From assembly GCA_963769885.1 (NCBI GenBank), contig CAVYNH010000007.1, forward strand, positions 352,001 through 416,000: DNA of 64,000 nucleotides. Direction: 5' to 3'. Shown piece after piece: positions 1 through 9,777 of the stretch (within the stretch, counting starts at the first letter, position 1; each line of letters begins with the position of its first letter). A model generated the notes under the pieces. That model worked only from the letters and a program-made list of their open reading frames with translations. It had not been told where the DNA came from and did no database searches. The DNA comes from Methanobacteriota archaeon. Its GTDB lineage: Archaea; Thermoplasmatota; E2; DHVEG-1. Both the position numbers and the translations under genes were made by a program.

Positions 1-313
1 TTGAGGGCACCACGCTGGGATGAGGTGGCCCCCAAATAAATCTTCTGAAGCCGCAGTTGTTTTCAGAACTCCTCTATCGCTCGGCATCAAGGACAAGAAC
101 TGTTCGTCATCGGTTCTTTCGTTTTTTTACAATATTTTTTTGTTATATAATATTATGGATATTATTATTTAAATTCTGAAAAATATGTGGGATAGTGAAA
201 AGAATCTCGTGTGTGGCAAGGATGGGGATTTTAATTTATTGCTGGAAACATTTAAATGAACCGGGGTCCTTACTTAAGGTAGACAAGGTTCTTATTTAGA
301 AGGAGGAAATTGA

Positions 314-1369
314 ATGTACAATGACTTGATTAGGAAAAGCCTGGTCGTCGGTCTCCTCGTCCTCTTCGTGGGGGCGAGCGCCGGCACAGCGATGACTATT
401 CCCCGCTCTGAAACCCCTAAGAATCTGGGAAACGTCCTAACTGTCGGTTCAGGACCAGGGAACTATACCACCATCCAAAAAGCAATCGATAACTCGAGCA
501 ACGGCGACACTATTTTCGTCTATAGCGGCACCTACAGCGAGAATGTGGACACGAAGCTAAAGAAGATCACGCTCCAAGGCCAGGACATGGCCACGACCAT
601 CATCAATGGGCCTGTCGCGACCAACCCTGTTGTGAAGATCCAGACAAGCCAGGTCAACCTCACCGGGTTCACCATTGCGGGGACCACGAACCAAGACGTC
701 GTCCGGATTATGTCCCTCGCAGAGAACGTCCTGATTTCAAATAACCTGATCAAGGACGGCGGCTACGGGGTTGTCCTGCTCCCAGGCAGCGGCAGAATCA
801 CCATCACGCACAATACCATCCGCACTATTGGGTTCGAGGGCATCCAGCTCCAGACCTCAACCTATAACGTCATCAGCTTCAACCGCATCGAGAACGGGGC
901 CGGCCAGGGCATCACCTTGTCCCTGAGTAGTAACCACAACTACATTCAGAACAACTCGGTCGTCAACAACGCCAAGGAAGGTATTATGTGTAACGGTGCC
1001 GGCTGCACGGAGAACTCCATCACCGGCAACAATGTCTCCGGCAACGAGGTTGGTCTCCGGTTCTCCAGCGCGGGCTCAAACACCGTTCGGTCGAACAACA
1101 TCCAAGGTAACACTATGGAAGGGATTCTGCTATCGTTGTCTAGCGAGAACACCTTCAAGGTAAACAACTTCATCGCGAACAAGCGCCAGGCGGCGTTCAA
1201 GCTCTCCTCGCGGAACACGTGGGATGCGAACTACTGGAGCAACTGGATCGGGTTCAAGACGACCAAGCCCTTCTTCCAGAAGCTGCCCAAGGTCGTCCAT
1301 GGAATCGTCTTCTTTACCTTCGATTGGCACCCAGCTCAGACGCCGTACAACCTCACCGGGTTCCCGTAA
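314..1369 (+). CDS. Secreted right-handed parallel beta-helix (NosD/pectin-lyase-fold) protein
   Basis: Signal peptide, 'YTTIQKAID..GDTIFVYSGTY.E' N-cap, repeated N-x-I-x-x-N-x-I rungs, C-terminal 'NYWSNW...FDWHPA'; SD AGGAGG upstream. Confidence 0.85.
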   Translation: MYNDLIRKSLVVGLLVLFVGASAGTAMTIPRSETPKNLGNVLTVGSGPGNYTTIQKAIDNSSNGDTIFVYSGTYSENVDTKLKKITLQGQDMATTIINGPVATNPVVKIQTSQVNLTGFTIAGTTNQDVVRIMSLAENVLISNNLIKDGGYGVVLLPGSGRITITHNTIRTIGFEGIQLQTSTYNVISFNRIENGAGQGITLSLSSNHNYIQNNSVVNNAKEGIMCNGAGCTENSITGNNVSGNEVGLRFSSAGSNTVRSNNIQGNTMEGILLSLSSENTFKVNNFIANKRQAAFKLSSRNTWDANYWSNWIGFKTTKPFFQKLPKVVHGIVFFTFDWHPAQTPYNLTGFP

Positions 1370-1382
1370 GACCAATCTCCCC

Positions 1383-1397
1383 TTTTTTTCTTTTTTT
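1383..1397 (+). terminator. Oligo-T archaeal terminator
   Basis: T7-C-T7 just after the stop codon. Confidence 0.6.
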
Positions 1398-1581
1398 CTA
1401 CATCTAATAATTGAAAAAGAGTACCTATAAAGTGAGCCTCACCCGCGTTCTTCCTCCTTTTATGAATTCAGCCTCCATACCTCAAGAGGGTGAATCCACC
1501 ATCACCACAAGAAAAGTGCTTTCACGAACATTAAAGAAACAAAGACCGATGACAACACTGACAAAGAGGAGAGGGACCAGA

Positions 1582-2439
1582 GTGGAAAAACAAGTCCAGT
1601 GTCCTCAGTGTAAAACCATTCAAACCATCAGAGGCCTACCCGGCGACACTATTGTCGTCACCTGCCTCGACTGTGGATTCACCGGGAAAATCACCTTCCC
1701 CGTACCTCCCTCAACGCAACCCGTCATCCAGATTCATGATCTGACCAAGACCTTCGGCCGATTCACCGCCGTCAAACACCTGAACCTGACGGTCTACAAA
1801 GGCGAGACCTATGGGCTCCTCGGCCCCAATGGATCAGGCAAGACCACGACCATTAAGATCCTCTGCGGACTGCTCAAGCCAACGACGGGCAGAGCCATCA
1901 TCCTCGATAAACCCGTACCATGCAAGACACTCATGCAGCACATAGGCTACATGCCCCAAGAAACAGCGTTGTACCAGGATAACACCGTCCATGAGAATCT
2001 CGCCTTCTTCGCCGGCGTCTACGGCCTTCCCCACGATCGGTTCCTCGCCCAGGAGCAGACCATGTTGCGCTTCGTCGACCTCGAATCATGGCGTGATGCC
2101 CTCGTCTCGACCCTCAGCGGCGGCATGCGGCATCGACTGAGCCTCGCCTGCGCTCTGCTCCATGACCCACAGGTCATCTTCCTCGACGAGCCCACGGTGG
2201 GCGTCGACCCAGAGCTGCGGGCGACCTTCTGGGGATTCTTCAAAACCTTGACGAAAAAAGATCGAACCGTGATTATCACAACTCATTACATGGACGAGGC
2301 GGACCGATGCGGACGTGTCGGGTTACTCCGCACTGGTCGATTGATAGCCGAGGGCAGCCCTGTGGAACTCAAGCAGCGAACCGGGACGACGTCGCTTGAG
2401 GATGCGTTCCTTCGCCTCGGTGGGAGGAGAATGGCATGA
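1582..2439 (+). CDS. ABC-2 type transporter ATP-binding protein with N-terminal Zn-ribbon
   Basis: Walker A GPNGSGKTT, signature LSGGM, Walker B IFLDEP, TTHYM; N-terminal CPQC-x19-CLDC. Start probably GTG 1582 (purine-rich SD) or ATG 1549, not 1411. Confidence 0.92.
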   Translation: MEKQVQCPQCKTIQTIRGLPGDTIVVTCLDCGFTGKITFPVPPSTQPVIQIHDLTKTFGRFTAVKHLNLTVYKGETYGLLGPNGSGKTTTIKILCGLLKPTTGRAIILDKPVPCKTLMQHIGYMPQETALYQDNTVHENLAFFAGVYGLPHDRFLAQEQTMLRFVDLESWRDALVSTLSGGMRHRLSLACALLHDPQVIFLDEPTVGVDPELRATFWGFFKTLTKKDRTVIITTHYMDEADRCGRVGLLRTGRLIAEGSPVELKQRTGTTSLEDAFLRLGGRRMA

Positions 2440-3602
2440 ATACGCGGCGGATGCTCTCGTTTACTAGGCGTACGCTGCTGCAATTCCGCCATGATCGCCG
2501 AACCCTGGCCTTCGTCATCATCATGCCGCTGCTGATGATGCTCATCTTCGGCTATACCTTCGGTGGTGACGTCAAGGGCATCAATGTCCAATTAGTGAAT
2601 GATGATATCGGCGTGCCCGTGGGAATCCCCGGGTTTGCAGGCGTTAATCTTGGGGCAAACATCTCGTCGAGTCTCGACAACGAAACACTCCATATTCATA
2701 TTGCTACGAATGCGAGTATTGCACGGCAGCAGGTGAAAGAGGGGAAGGCGTGGGCTGCTATCCTGTTTCCCGTGAATTTTTCCCAGGATTTCACTTGGAG
2801 CATAAGTCATCCGCAATCGCCAGCCCGCTCCACTGTGGAGGTATACCTGGATGGATCCAATCCGACAATCGCTAGCGTAGTGATGCAGACAGTGTCAAAG
2901 GCGATCCAAAAAGTAATGACGGACCTGGCCGAATCCATGAACGTCTCTCAGGCGCATATTCCGTTTTCTGTGAACACCTCATATGCGTATGGCGGCGGGG
3001 ACACGCGGTTCATTGACTATTTCGGTCCCGGCGTGATTTCGTTTGCCATCATGATGGTTACAACGATGATCACCATTATCTTGTTTGTCAACGAGCGGCG
3101 AACGGGGACGTTGCAGCGGCTGTTGGCCTCGCCGGCGACCGAGGGTGAGATCGTACTTGGATATTCGCTGGCGTTTGCGGTCATCTGTTTGTTGCAGAGT
3201 ATCGTGGTGTTGGTCACTGCAATCTTGCTGTTTAATGTGACCGTCGTGGGAAATATTTTCTTGGCGTTGGTGGTTGTATTGATTCTGGGGTTCGGTCATC
3301 AGGGGCTTGGGATCTTGTTGTCGGCGGGGGCGAGGAATGAACTGCAGGCGGTGCAGTTCATCCCCTTGGTCTTGTTTCCCTCGATTTTGTTGGCAGGGTT
3401 GTTCTGGCCAGTAGAGTCGATTCCATCGTATCTGCAGCCGTTGTCATATGTGGTGCCGCTTCGGTATGGGATTGAGGCGGAGCGGTCGATCATGCTTCGG
3501 GGGTGGGGGCTAGGGGAGATCTGGGTAGACGTGATGGTGTTGGTGATATTTGCAGCCTTGACTTTGTCAGGAAGTGTGCTGCTTTTGAAGCGGAAGCAGT
3601 AG
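2436..3602 (+). CDS. ABC-2 family permease
   Basis: 'RDRRTLAFVIIMP', large extracellular loop, 'ERRTGTLQRL', multiple TM helices; ATGA overlap with the ATPase gene. Confidence 0.92.
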   Translation: MNTRRMLSFTRRTLLQFRHDRRTLAFVIIMPLLMMLIFGYTFGGDVKGINVQLVNDDIGVPVGIPGFAGVNLGANISSSLDNETLHIHIATNASIARQQVKEGKAWAAILFPVNFSQDFTWSISHPQSPARSTVEVYLDGSNPTIASVVMQTVSKAIQKVMTDLAESMNVSQAHIPFSVNTSYAYGGGDTRFIDYFGPGVISFAIMMVTTMITIILFVNERRTGTLQRLLASPATEGEIVLGYSLAFAVICLLQSIVVLVTAILLFNVTVVGNIFLALVVVLILGFGHQGLGILLSAGARNELQAVQFIPLVLFPSILLAGLFWPVESIPSYLQPLSYVVPLRYGIEAERSIMLRGWGLGEIWVDVMVLVIFAALTLSGSVLLLKRKQ

Positions 3603-3781
3603 CGTTTGCAGTCTTTTTGGAGACTGTCCTTTAAATTCAAAAGAGAAGAAAGAAAATCGGGGAAAGATACCGTCAGTTCCTTTTTGTGTTCGATTTATTT
3701 CAGGATGTTTTGACCAGCCAGAGGTTAATGCTGTTCAGGAACTGTGTGGCATACCCGCTGAGAATCAGGCGAAGACGACAA

Positions 3782-3855
3782 TGGGCCCGGAGAGATTTGA
3801 ACTCTCGACCTACCGGTTATCAGCCGGTTGCTCCACCGATCTAAGCTACGGGCCC
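3782..3855 (-). tRNA. tRNA-Ile(GAT)
   Basis: Reverse complement GGGCCCGTAGCTTAGATCGGTGGAGCAACCGGCTGATAACCGGTAGGTCGAGAGTTCAAATCTCTCCGGGCCCA folds as a cloverleaf with anticodon GAT; CCA not encoded. Confidence 0.96.
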
Positions 3856-3883
3856 GCAGCGAAAGGGGGATATGCAGTAATCC

Positions 3884-3891
3884 TATAAAAA
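3884..3891 (-). promoter_or_regulatory. TATA box of tRNA-Ile
   Basis: TTTTTATA about 30 nt upstream of the tRNA 5' end. Confidence 0.6.
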
Positions 3892-3970
3892 GGCTTATCC
3901 TTATCAACTGAAAACCGCTTTCGCAACTTGAGTTCGATTGGGAATGCGCTCCCCCTATATTCGACGGTCA

Positions 3971-4672
3971 ATGCAGAAAAGAATCCGGATTACGTACGGC
4001 GATATTCTATATAAACTCCCGCTCGTACTCCATCATATCTGGACCGATCTTTCATCCTGGGCTCTCGTTCTCACAAATCTGATAACAATCACGGTCGCTT
4101 ACCTGCAGCACTGGCCCTTCTCGACCATCATCTGGGTCTATTGGTGCCAGACCCTGATCATCGGCTTCTTCGCGTTTCTCCGCGCCATCTCACTCACCGA
4201 CCTCTCACCAACCCGTATCGACCAGATTCGACTCCGCTTCAAGCATACAGGAAATCTACGTGCTGGCGCCTTCTTCCTGGCGCATTTTACCGTCGCCCAG
4301 GCATGTCTCACGTTCGTCCTCTGGATGCTCATCGGGCCTGTCACAAGCGTCAACGCTATCGTGCTCCTTTCAAGCGCTACGCTCTTCTTCGGCAACCACT
4401 GCTTCTCATATATTTATCATCAAAAACGCGATCGTATCCTCCCAAAAAGTATCGGCTTGGCGCTCCTCCAGCCGTACCTTCGGCTGTTCCCCATCCTGGT
4501 CTCCTTGCTGTTCGCAGGGATGACCATCGGCGCCTTCTTCCTCACCCAAGCCCAGCAGCTCGTCCCCGTTGCCTTCCTCGTCCTCTTCGTCCTCAAAACC
4601 GGCGCGGACGTGACCGCCCATACCTTCGAGCATGGGATGCCACCGACCCGCAAACGGCCGAAGAACGCTTAA
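3971..4672 (+). CDS. Integral membrane protein, DUF6498-like
   Basis: 'W....IIWVYW.QTLIIGFF', 'FFLAHF', 'PYLRLFP', 'LKTGADV.AH' pattern; start uncertain (3938 or 3971). Confidence 0.65.
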   Translation: MQKRIRITYGDILYKLPLVLHHIWTDLSSWALVLTNLITITVAYLQHWPFSTIIWVYWCQTLIIGFFAFLRAISLTDLSPTRIDQIRLRFKHTGNLRAGAFFLAHFTVAQACLTFVLWMLIGPVTSVNAIVLLSSATLFFGNHCFSYIYHQKRDRILPKSIGLALLQPYLRLFPILVSLLFAGMTIGAFFLTQAQQLVPVAFLVLFVLKTGADVTAHTFEHGMPPTRKRPKNA

Positions 4673-5073
4673 TCAAGTAGCCGCTTCTCACCAGTCAATT
4701 TTTGCAGCGGCCCAATGTTCTGCGAGCACTCCGCGACCCCAAGGTACTCCCCCCTCTCGTTGCGCAGCGCATAATACTCAATGAGGATCTTCTGCTTCTC
4801 CGCCTTGGGACCGATCGGCAAGTCGATGTAGAACTGGGCTTTGTCCCGCTTCCCCGCCTTCATCTCCGAGATAATCGTCTCGACCTTCATCAGGCTCTTC
4901 TTCGGATGACACTGCCGCACATTCCGTCCGACCACACCCTCTGGCCGTTTGAAGATCCGCGTCGCATGCTTGTTCCACGCCAGGACCTTGTCATCCTTAT
5001 CCAGCACCGAAAACTCGATAGGAACAGTCTCTAACAGGGCCTGCAACACATCGTCAGGGAGTCGTCCAATCAT
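4669..5073 (-). CDS. Stand-alone PAS domain protein (DUF438/PAS_10-like)
   Basis: 'LETVPIEFSVLDKDDKV', 'RIFKRP..VVGRNVRQCHP', 'YYALRNERGEYLGVAE..QNI'. Confidence 0.8.
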   Translation of the reverse strand: MIGRLPDDVLQALLETVPIEFSVLDKDDKVLAWNKHATRIFKRPEGVVGRNVRQCHPKKSLMKVETIISEMKAGKRDKAQFYIDLPIGPKAEKQKILIEYYALRNERGEYLGVAECSQNIGPLQKLTGEKRLLD

Positions 5074-5184
5074 ATTCCTTCAAACCTCACTAGGTCCGAA
5101 AACCATTCCCTATAAAATACCTTTCCACAAGCCCTATTGAGAGTAATGTTAATAGGGGGCAACCAAATTCCTGCACGCTAGAGT

Positions 5185-6702
5185 ATGGACCCTACGAAAA
5201 CCATCGCCGAGCTTTCCTACAACGAAAAAAAAGTCCTACTCACATTACAGAAGCTCAACGGCCACGGCACCATCAAGGAAATCACTGAGAAAGGCGACTT
5301 CAGCCAAGACGTCGAGGTCGCCAACGCCGCTTCCTGGCTCCAGTCAAAACACCTCGTCATCCTCCAAACTACCATGACGACCGTCTACTCCCTCGGCAAA
5401 GACGGACGTCACTTCCTCGAGAAAGGCCTGCCAGAGAAACGGGCACTCAAATACCTGGCCGACCACGGGAGCAGCGCCCCCCTTACCAACCTCTCCAAAA
5501 TCCTCGCCCCTGAAGAGGTCCCCATCGCGGTCGGCTGGCTGCGCACCAATGGTTGGGCGACCATCCAGAAAGGCAAAGAAACCATCCTACGCATCACCCC
5601 CGCCGGCTCCCAGGCTGTTTCCCAGATCACGGACGTAGAGGCGCTCCTGCGTGAGCTGCACGAACACCCCGAAACGCCCCAGGAGAAGGCCCGCGTCGGG
5701 CCACTCCTCGCCCGCAAGAACGTCCTGAAGGAAAAAGAACTCATCAAAACTGTCATCACCCTCACGGACGAAGGACGGGCCATCCTGCAGCACGGCCTCG
5801 ACCTCAAAGAGGAAATCTCCCAAGTCACTACCGGCATTATCAAATCCCATGAATGGGCCCACAAGACGATCCGCCCCTACGACATCCATACGTTTGCCCC
5901 CGCGACCTATGGCGGCGGTCCACACCCCCTCATCCACCTCATCGGACAGATCCGCCAGATCTTCCTCGAGATGGGGTTCCAGGAAGTAGAGGGCAATTAC
6001 TTGGAGTCCTCGTTTTGGAACATGGACGTCCTCTTCATCCCCCAGGACCATCCCGCCCGAGAGATGCAGGATACCCTCTACTGCACGACACCCAAGACAC
6101 TCGCGATCACCGATCTGGCCTTATACAAGAAGATCGCCGAGGTCCATGAGAACGGTAACGCGACTGGGTCCACAGGCTGGGGCTACACCCTCTCCAAGCC
6201 GGAGGCGGAGCGTGCCCTCCTCCGGACGCACACCACGGTTAACACCATCCGCTACCTGTACTTCAACCCGATCCCGCCGGCGAAGGTCTTCAGCATCGGC
6301 CGGGTCTTCAGAAAAGAAAGCATCGATACGACGCACCTGCCAGAGTTCCATCAGATCGAGGGCATCGTCCACGAGGAACATGCCACCTTCCGACAGCTGT
6401 TGGGCATCATCAAGGAGTTTTACACCCGGATGGGGTTTGAGAAGATCCGGTTCCGCCCCGGCTACTTCCCCTACACCGAGCCTTCCATGGAAGTCGAGGT
6501 GTTCTGGAACGGAAAATGGATGGAGCTTGGGGGCAGTGGGGTCTTCCGCCCCGAGGTCACCATCCCAGTCGGAGTGACAAGCCCGGTGCTCGCCTGGGGA
6601 CTTGGCCTCGAACGCCTGGCCATGCTGAAGTTCGGCCTCTCCGACATGCGCCGCCTCTACGTCAGCGACCTGGAATGGATCCAGACGACACCACTCCTCT
6701 GA
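5185..6702 (+). CDS. pheS: Phenylalanine--tRNA ligase alpha subunit
   Basis: FWNMDVLFIPQDHPAREMQDT, LRTHTT, RVFRKESIDTTHLPEFHQIEG, YFPYTEPS, WGLGLERLAM; archaeal winged-helix N-terminus. Confidence 0.98.
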   Translation: MDPTKTIAELSYNEKKVLLTLQKLNGHGTIKEITEKGDFSQDVEVANAASWLQSKHLVILQTTMTTVYSLGKDGRHFLEKGLPEKRALKYLADHGSSAPLTNLSKILAPEEVPIAVGWLRTNGWATIQKGKETILRITPAGSQAVSQITDVEALLRELHEHPETPQEKARVGPLLARKNVLKEKELIKTVITLTDEGRAILQHGLDLKEEISQVTTGIIKSHEWAHKTIRPYDIHTFAPATYGGGPHPLIHLIGQIRQIFLEMGFQEVEGNYLESSFWNMDVLFIPQDHPAREMQDTLYCTTPKTLAITDLALYKKIAEVHENGNATGSTGWGYTLSKPEAERALLRTHTTVNTIRYLYFNPIPPAKVFSIGRVFRKESIDTTHLPEFHQIEGIVHEEHATFRQLLGIIKEFYTRMGFEKIRFRPGYFPYTEPSMEVEVFWNGKWMELGGSGVFRPEVTIPVGVTSPVLAWGLGLERLAMLKFGLSDMRRLYVSDLEWIQTTPLL

Positions 6703-6864
6703 TCCCGACTTCTATGCAGCTTCCCTCCCCCGATGTATCTCTAATCCCTGAGCCATAAACCTTAAATATAAAACATATTTTATTTTAGAGGATAAATGAT
6801 AACGGCTGTAAACAAAGACTTAAATAATCACGCGGACACCTAAGGTATACATGAGGTTGAGATC

Positions 6865-9738
6865 CTGAGCCACTTCTCCCGGAAACTCTCTGGACTTCTG
6901 CTCGTCAGTCTCCTCCTGACTTCGGGCCTGATGACTCTAGGACTTACCCCCACCGTCCGCGGGGCCACCAGCAAGTCAACCACCCTTTATTTCACAGACT
7001 ACCTGCCCTTCCTTGCCTCGAACGAATCCGACTACGGCCTCGAAGTCGTCAACTTCGCCCCCCTCGCCCCAACCCCACCCATGAAGACCAAGGACGCCGA
7101 ATACCCACCCCCCCTCTTCATCGAGAACACCAGCGGCGGCAGGCTCCCCAGCCTCAACGGCAACAACATCTCCCTCTGGGTCGTCACCTCCTGGGTCGCC
7201 TACTTCCTCGAAGACTACGGCTTCAACTTCAGCGACTACAGCGACCTCCTCCCCCCTGGCGTCTCCATTGAAGACCTCAAACTCTACTTCCCCAACCCCC
7301 TCCGCATCGTCGAACAATACAAATACACTGGCACTGAGCCCCTCACCATCACCGGCGACGTCCCCTTCACCGCCTACTTCGACGGCTTCCGCCACGGCCC
7401 CTTCGTCCACGACAACCTCACCGTCTCCCTCTACCTCTACAACGAAAACGCCACCATCCCCATCCCCCGCAAAATCCAAAGCACCAGCGTCGACGTCAGC
7501 ACACACCTCACCACCGTCCCCAAAACCACCATCGCTCTCAAGAACGTCTCCTTCACTATCAAACCCGATGAAAGCCTCCTCGCCTCCATCGAAATCCAAC
7601 CCGGAAACCGCTCCAACCTCATCCTCAAACGCCTCGACCTCGAAAAACTCGCCGCCCGCGCCCAAAAAATCGGCGACCGACTCGCCAACTCCTCCCACGC
7701 GCGCTTCCAAACCATCGGCGAATTCTTCCAAGAACTCATCCCCCTCGTCCAAGAATTCAACTTCACCACCGATGACCTTCTCAACATCATCAACACCCTC
7801 AAAGCCCCCCACTTCCTCTACGACTCCATCCAACACCCCACCTCCCTCACCATCCCCGCCGCCCTCCCTGGCCCCGCCGAGATCATCACCTATTATCTCC
7901 ACGCGGACCAGAACATGAGCAGCACACCGCCCGCCAAGAACTCCTCTACCAGCCTCGTCCTCGGCACCAGTACCTGGAAGGCGACCACCCTACCCCGCAA
8001 CAAGATCATCCACAACGCCACCGCCACCCTCTACCTCCGTCACCTCTTGGTCCCCACTCGATTCTCGGTCATGGCCACCCTTTACGACAACAACGTCTCC
8101 ATCGCCAACGTCAGTGTCCGCCTGCCCAGCAAACTCCCCGGCCGCTTCGGACTAAGCCCTGCCCTCATCCTCTTCCCCAACCTCAACCATGAGCTCCCCT
8201 ACGGACACCAACTCCGCCTCGGAGTCTCCATGCCAAAGACGCCTTTCGTGAAAATCCTGCGCCGGACCATCCTCCTCTACGACTCCTCAGCCGCCCCATC
8301 ATCGATCACGGTCACCTACACCGACACCAAGAACATCAATATCAGCTATACAGCTGACCCCACCTCGCAGACCATCCTGCCAGGCGGCAGCATCATCTAC
8401 ACCCTTGCGATTACCGGCAGGCTCGCAGATACCATCACCCTAACAGTTGTGAACAAGAGCCAAGGCCATTGGCGACTCGACATCCCGCAAACGACGGCCA
8501 CGCTCACCGCAGGCGGCACCGCCACCCTCAACGTCACCGCCGTCTCCACCGACGACACCAAAGCCGCATACAACAGCACCATCGACCTCACTTTCCAAGT
8601 GACCGGCCATACGGGCATCGCCCAGGCCACGGCCAGCGCGCGAATCTCCCAAGAAGCCATCAAATACGCCGTCACAATCATCGGCTACCCTGAAAGCCTC
8701 AACATCTCCAAAGGAGAAAACCGCAGCTTCTACATCATCGTCGCCAACAACAACACCGGCGCGGTCGACGATACCGATAGCTACACAGTCACCGCCACCT
8801 CGGACAACCAGTGGGTCATGGCCAACGAAAATATCCCCGACGTCGTCCGCGGCAACACCTCGACCCCGACCTTGGTCATCGAATCAGTCCCTCAGAACAC
8901 CAGCCTCAATTCGGATACCATCAGGATTACGGTGACCTCTGTACGCAGCCCGACGACCTCTAGCACCGTCACAATCCTCGTCAAAGTCAACAGCCCCAAC
9001 TCCATCGAAAACGTCTATGACTGGTTCAAGAGCCTCGCCCAGAACCTTGGCCTCACCGGACCGTTCGGCGACTACGCCCCCATCGTCCTCGTCGCCATCC
9101 TCATGATAATCATCATATTCATCATCATAATCCTCACCCTTGTACTCACCCACAGGGTCGGCCGACTCATCGCCCCGGATCGCATCCGAGAAATCGACAG
9201 CACGGGCGAAGCCCAGTTCCCAATCACAATCAAAAACAACACCCGTAAACCACGGACCTATACCGTAACCGCGACCCAAACCCGGCCTGAGATGCCTTGG
9301 GCCGTCACAATCACCCCACAGAATATCACCATCGAGGGACGGCAACAGGCAATCGCCACTGTCTCCATCCGGCCACCCGCAGGCGCAGCCCCCAAAGACT
9401 GGTGCGAACTGAACCTCACCGTCAAAGCCCACGGTGCCCGAGCCGAACGCCTCTCTCTTCTAACCCTTATTAAGGAAGGAACGACGATCCTGCAAGTCCA
9501 AAACGTCACCCACAATCCCGCCTCTTTCATGGCCGGAGACCGCGTCGTCACCTCGTTCACCGTCGCTAATGAAGGGACGGTCAACGCCCCGAAGGCATCC
9601 ATCCTCTTCTACCTTAACCGAAAGAAGGTCGCCAGCCTCGACTGCGCCATCCCCGCAGGAGGGGCCGCCGACATCCAAGTCCCCTGGATCGCTACGAAAG
9701 GCAAAAACACAGTAAAAGTCCAGGTGAAGACGCCATAA
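6865..9738 (+). CDS. Large single-pass membrane protein with Ig-like domains and C-terminal CARDB-like domain
   Basis: 935+ aa ORF with many N-x-S/T sequons and one long TM near 9075-9150, followed by basic Ig-like domains; in-frame signal peptide extends upstream of ATG 6931 to CTG 6865. Confidence 0.75.
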   Translation: MSHFSRKLSGLLLVSLLLTSGLMTLGLTPTVRGATSKSTTLYFTDYLPFLASNESDYGLEVVNFAPLAPTPPMKTKDAEYPPPLFIENTSGGRLPSLNGNNISLWVVTSWVAYFLEDYGFNFSDYSDLLPPGVSIEDLKLYFPNPLRIVEQYKYTGTEPLTITGDVPFTAYFDGFRHGPFVHDNLTVSLYLYNENATIPIPRKIQSTSVDVSTHLTTVPKTTIALKNVSFTIKPDESLLASIEIQPGNRSNLILKRLDLEKLAARAQKIGDRLANSSHARFQTIGEFFQELIPLVQEFNFTTDDLLNIINTLKAPHFLYDSIQHPTSLTIPAALPGPAEIITYYLHADQNMSSTPPAKNSSTSLVLGTSTWKATTLPRNKIIHNATATLYLRHLLVPTRFSVMATLYDNNVSIANVSVRLPSKLPGRFGLSPALILFPNLNHELPYGHQLRLGVSMPKTPFVKILRRTILLYDSSAAPSSITVTYTDTKNINISYTADPTSQTILPGGSIIYTLAITGRLADTITLTVVNKSQGHWRLDIPQTTATLTAGGTATLNVTAVSTDDTKAAYNSTIDLTFQVTGHTGIAQATASARISQEAIKYAVTIIGYPESLNISKGENRSFYIIVANNNTGAVDDTDSYTVTATSDNQWVMANENIPDVVRGNTSTPTLVIESVPQNTSLNSDTIRITVTSVRSPTTSSTVTILVKVNSPNSIENVYDWFKSLAQNLGLTGPFGDYAPIVLVAILMIIIIFIIIILTLVLTHRVGRLIAPDRIREIDSTGEAQFPITIKNNTRKPRTYTVTATQTRPEMPWAVTITPQNITIEGRQQAIATVSIRPPAGAAPKDWCELNLTVKAHGARAERLSLLTLIKEGTTILQVQNVTHNPASFMAGDRVVTSFTVANEGTVNAPKASILFYLNRKKVASLDCAIPAGGAADIQVPWIATKGKNTVKVQVKTP

Positions 9739-9777
9739 ACCTTAATAACTGAGATTCTTTCGCTCCCTTGAGAAAAG

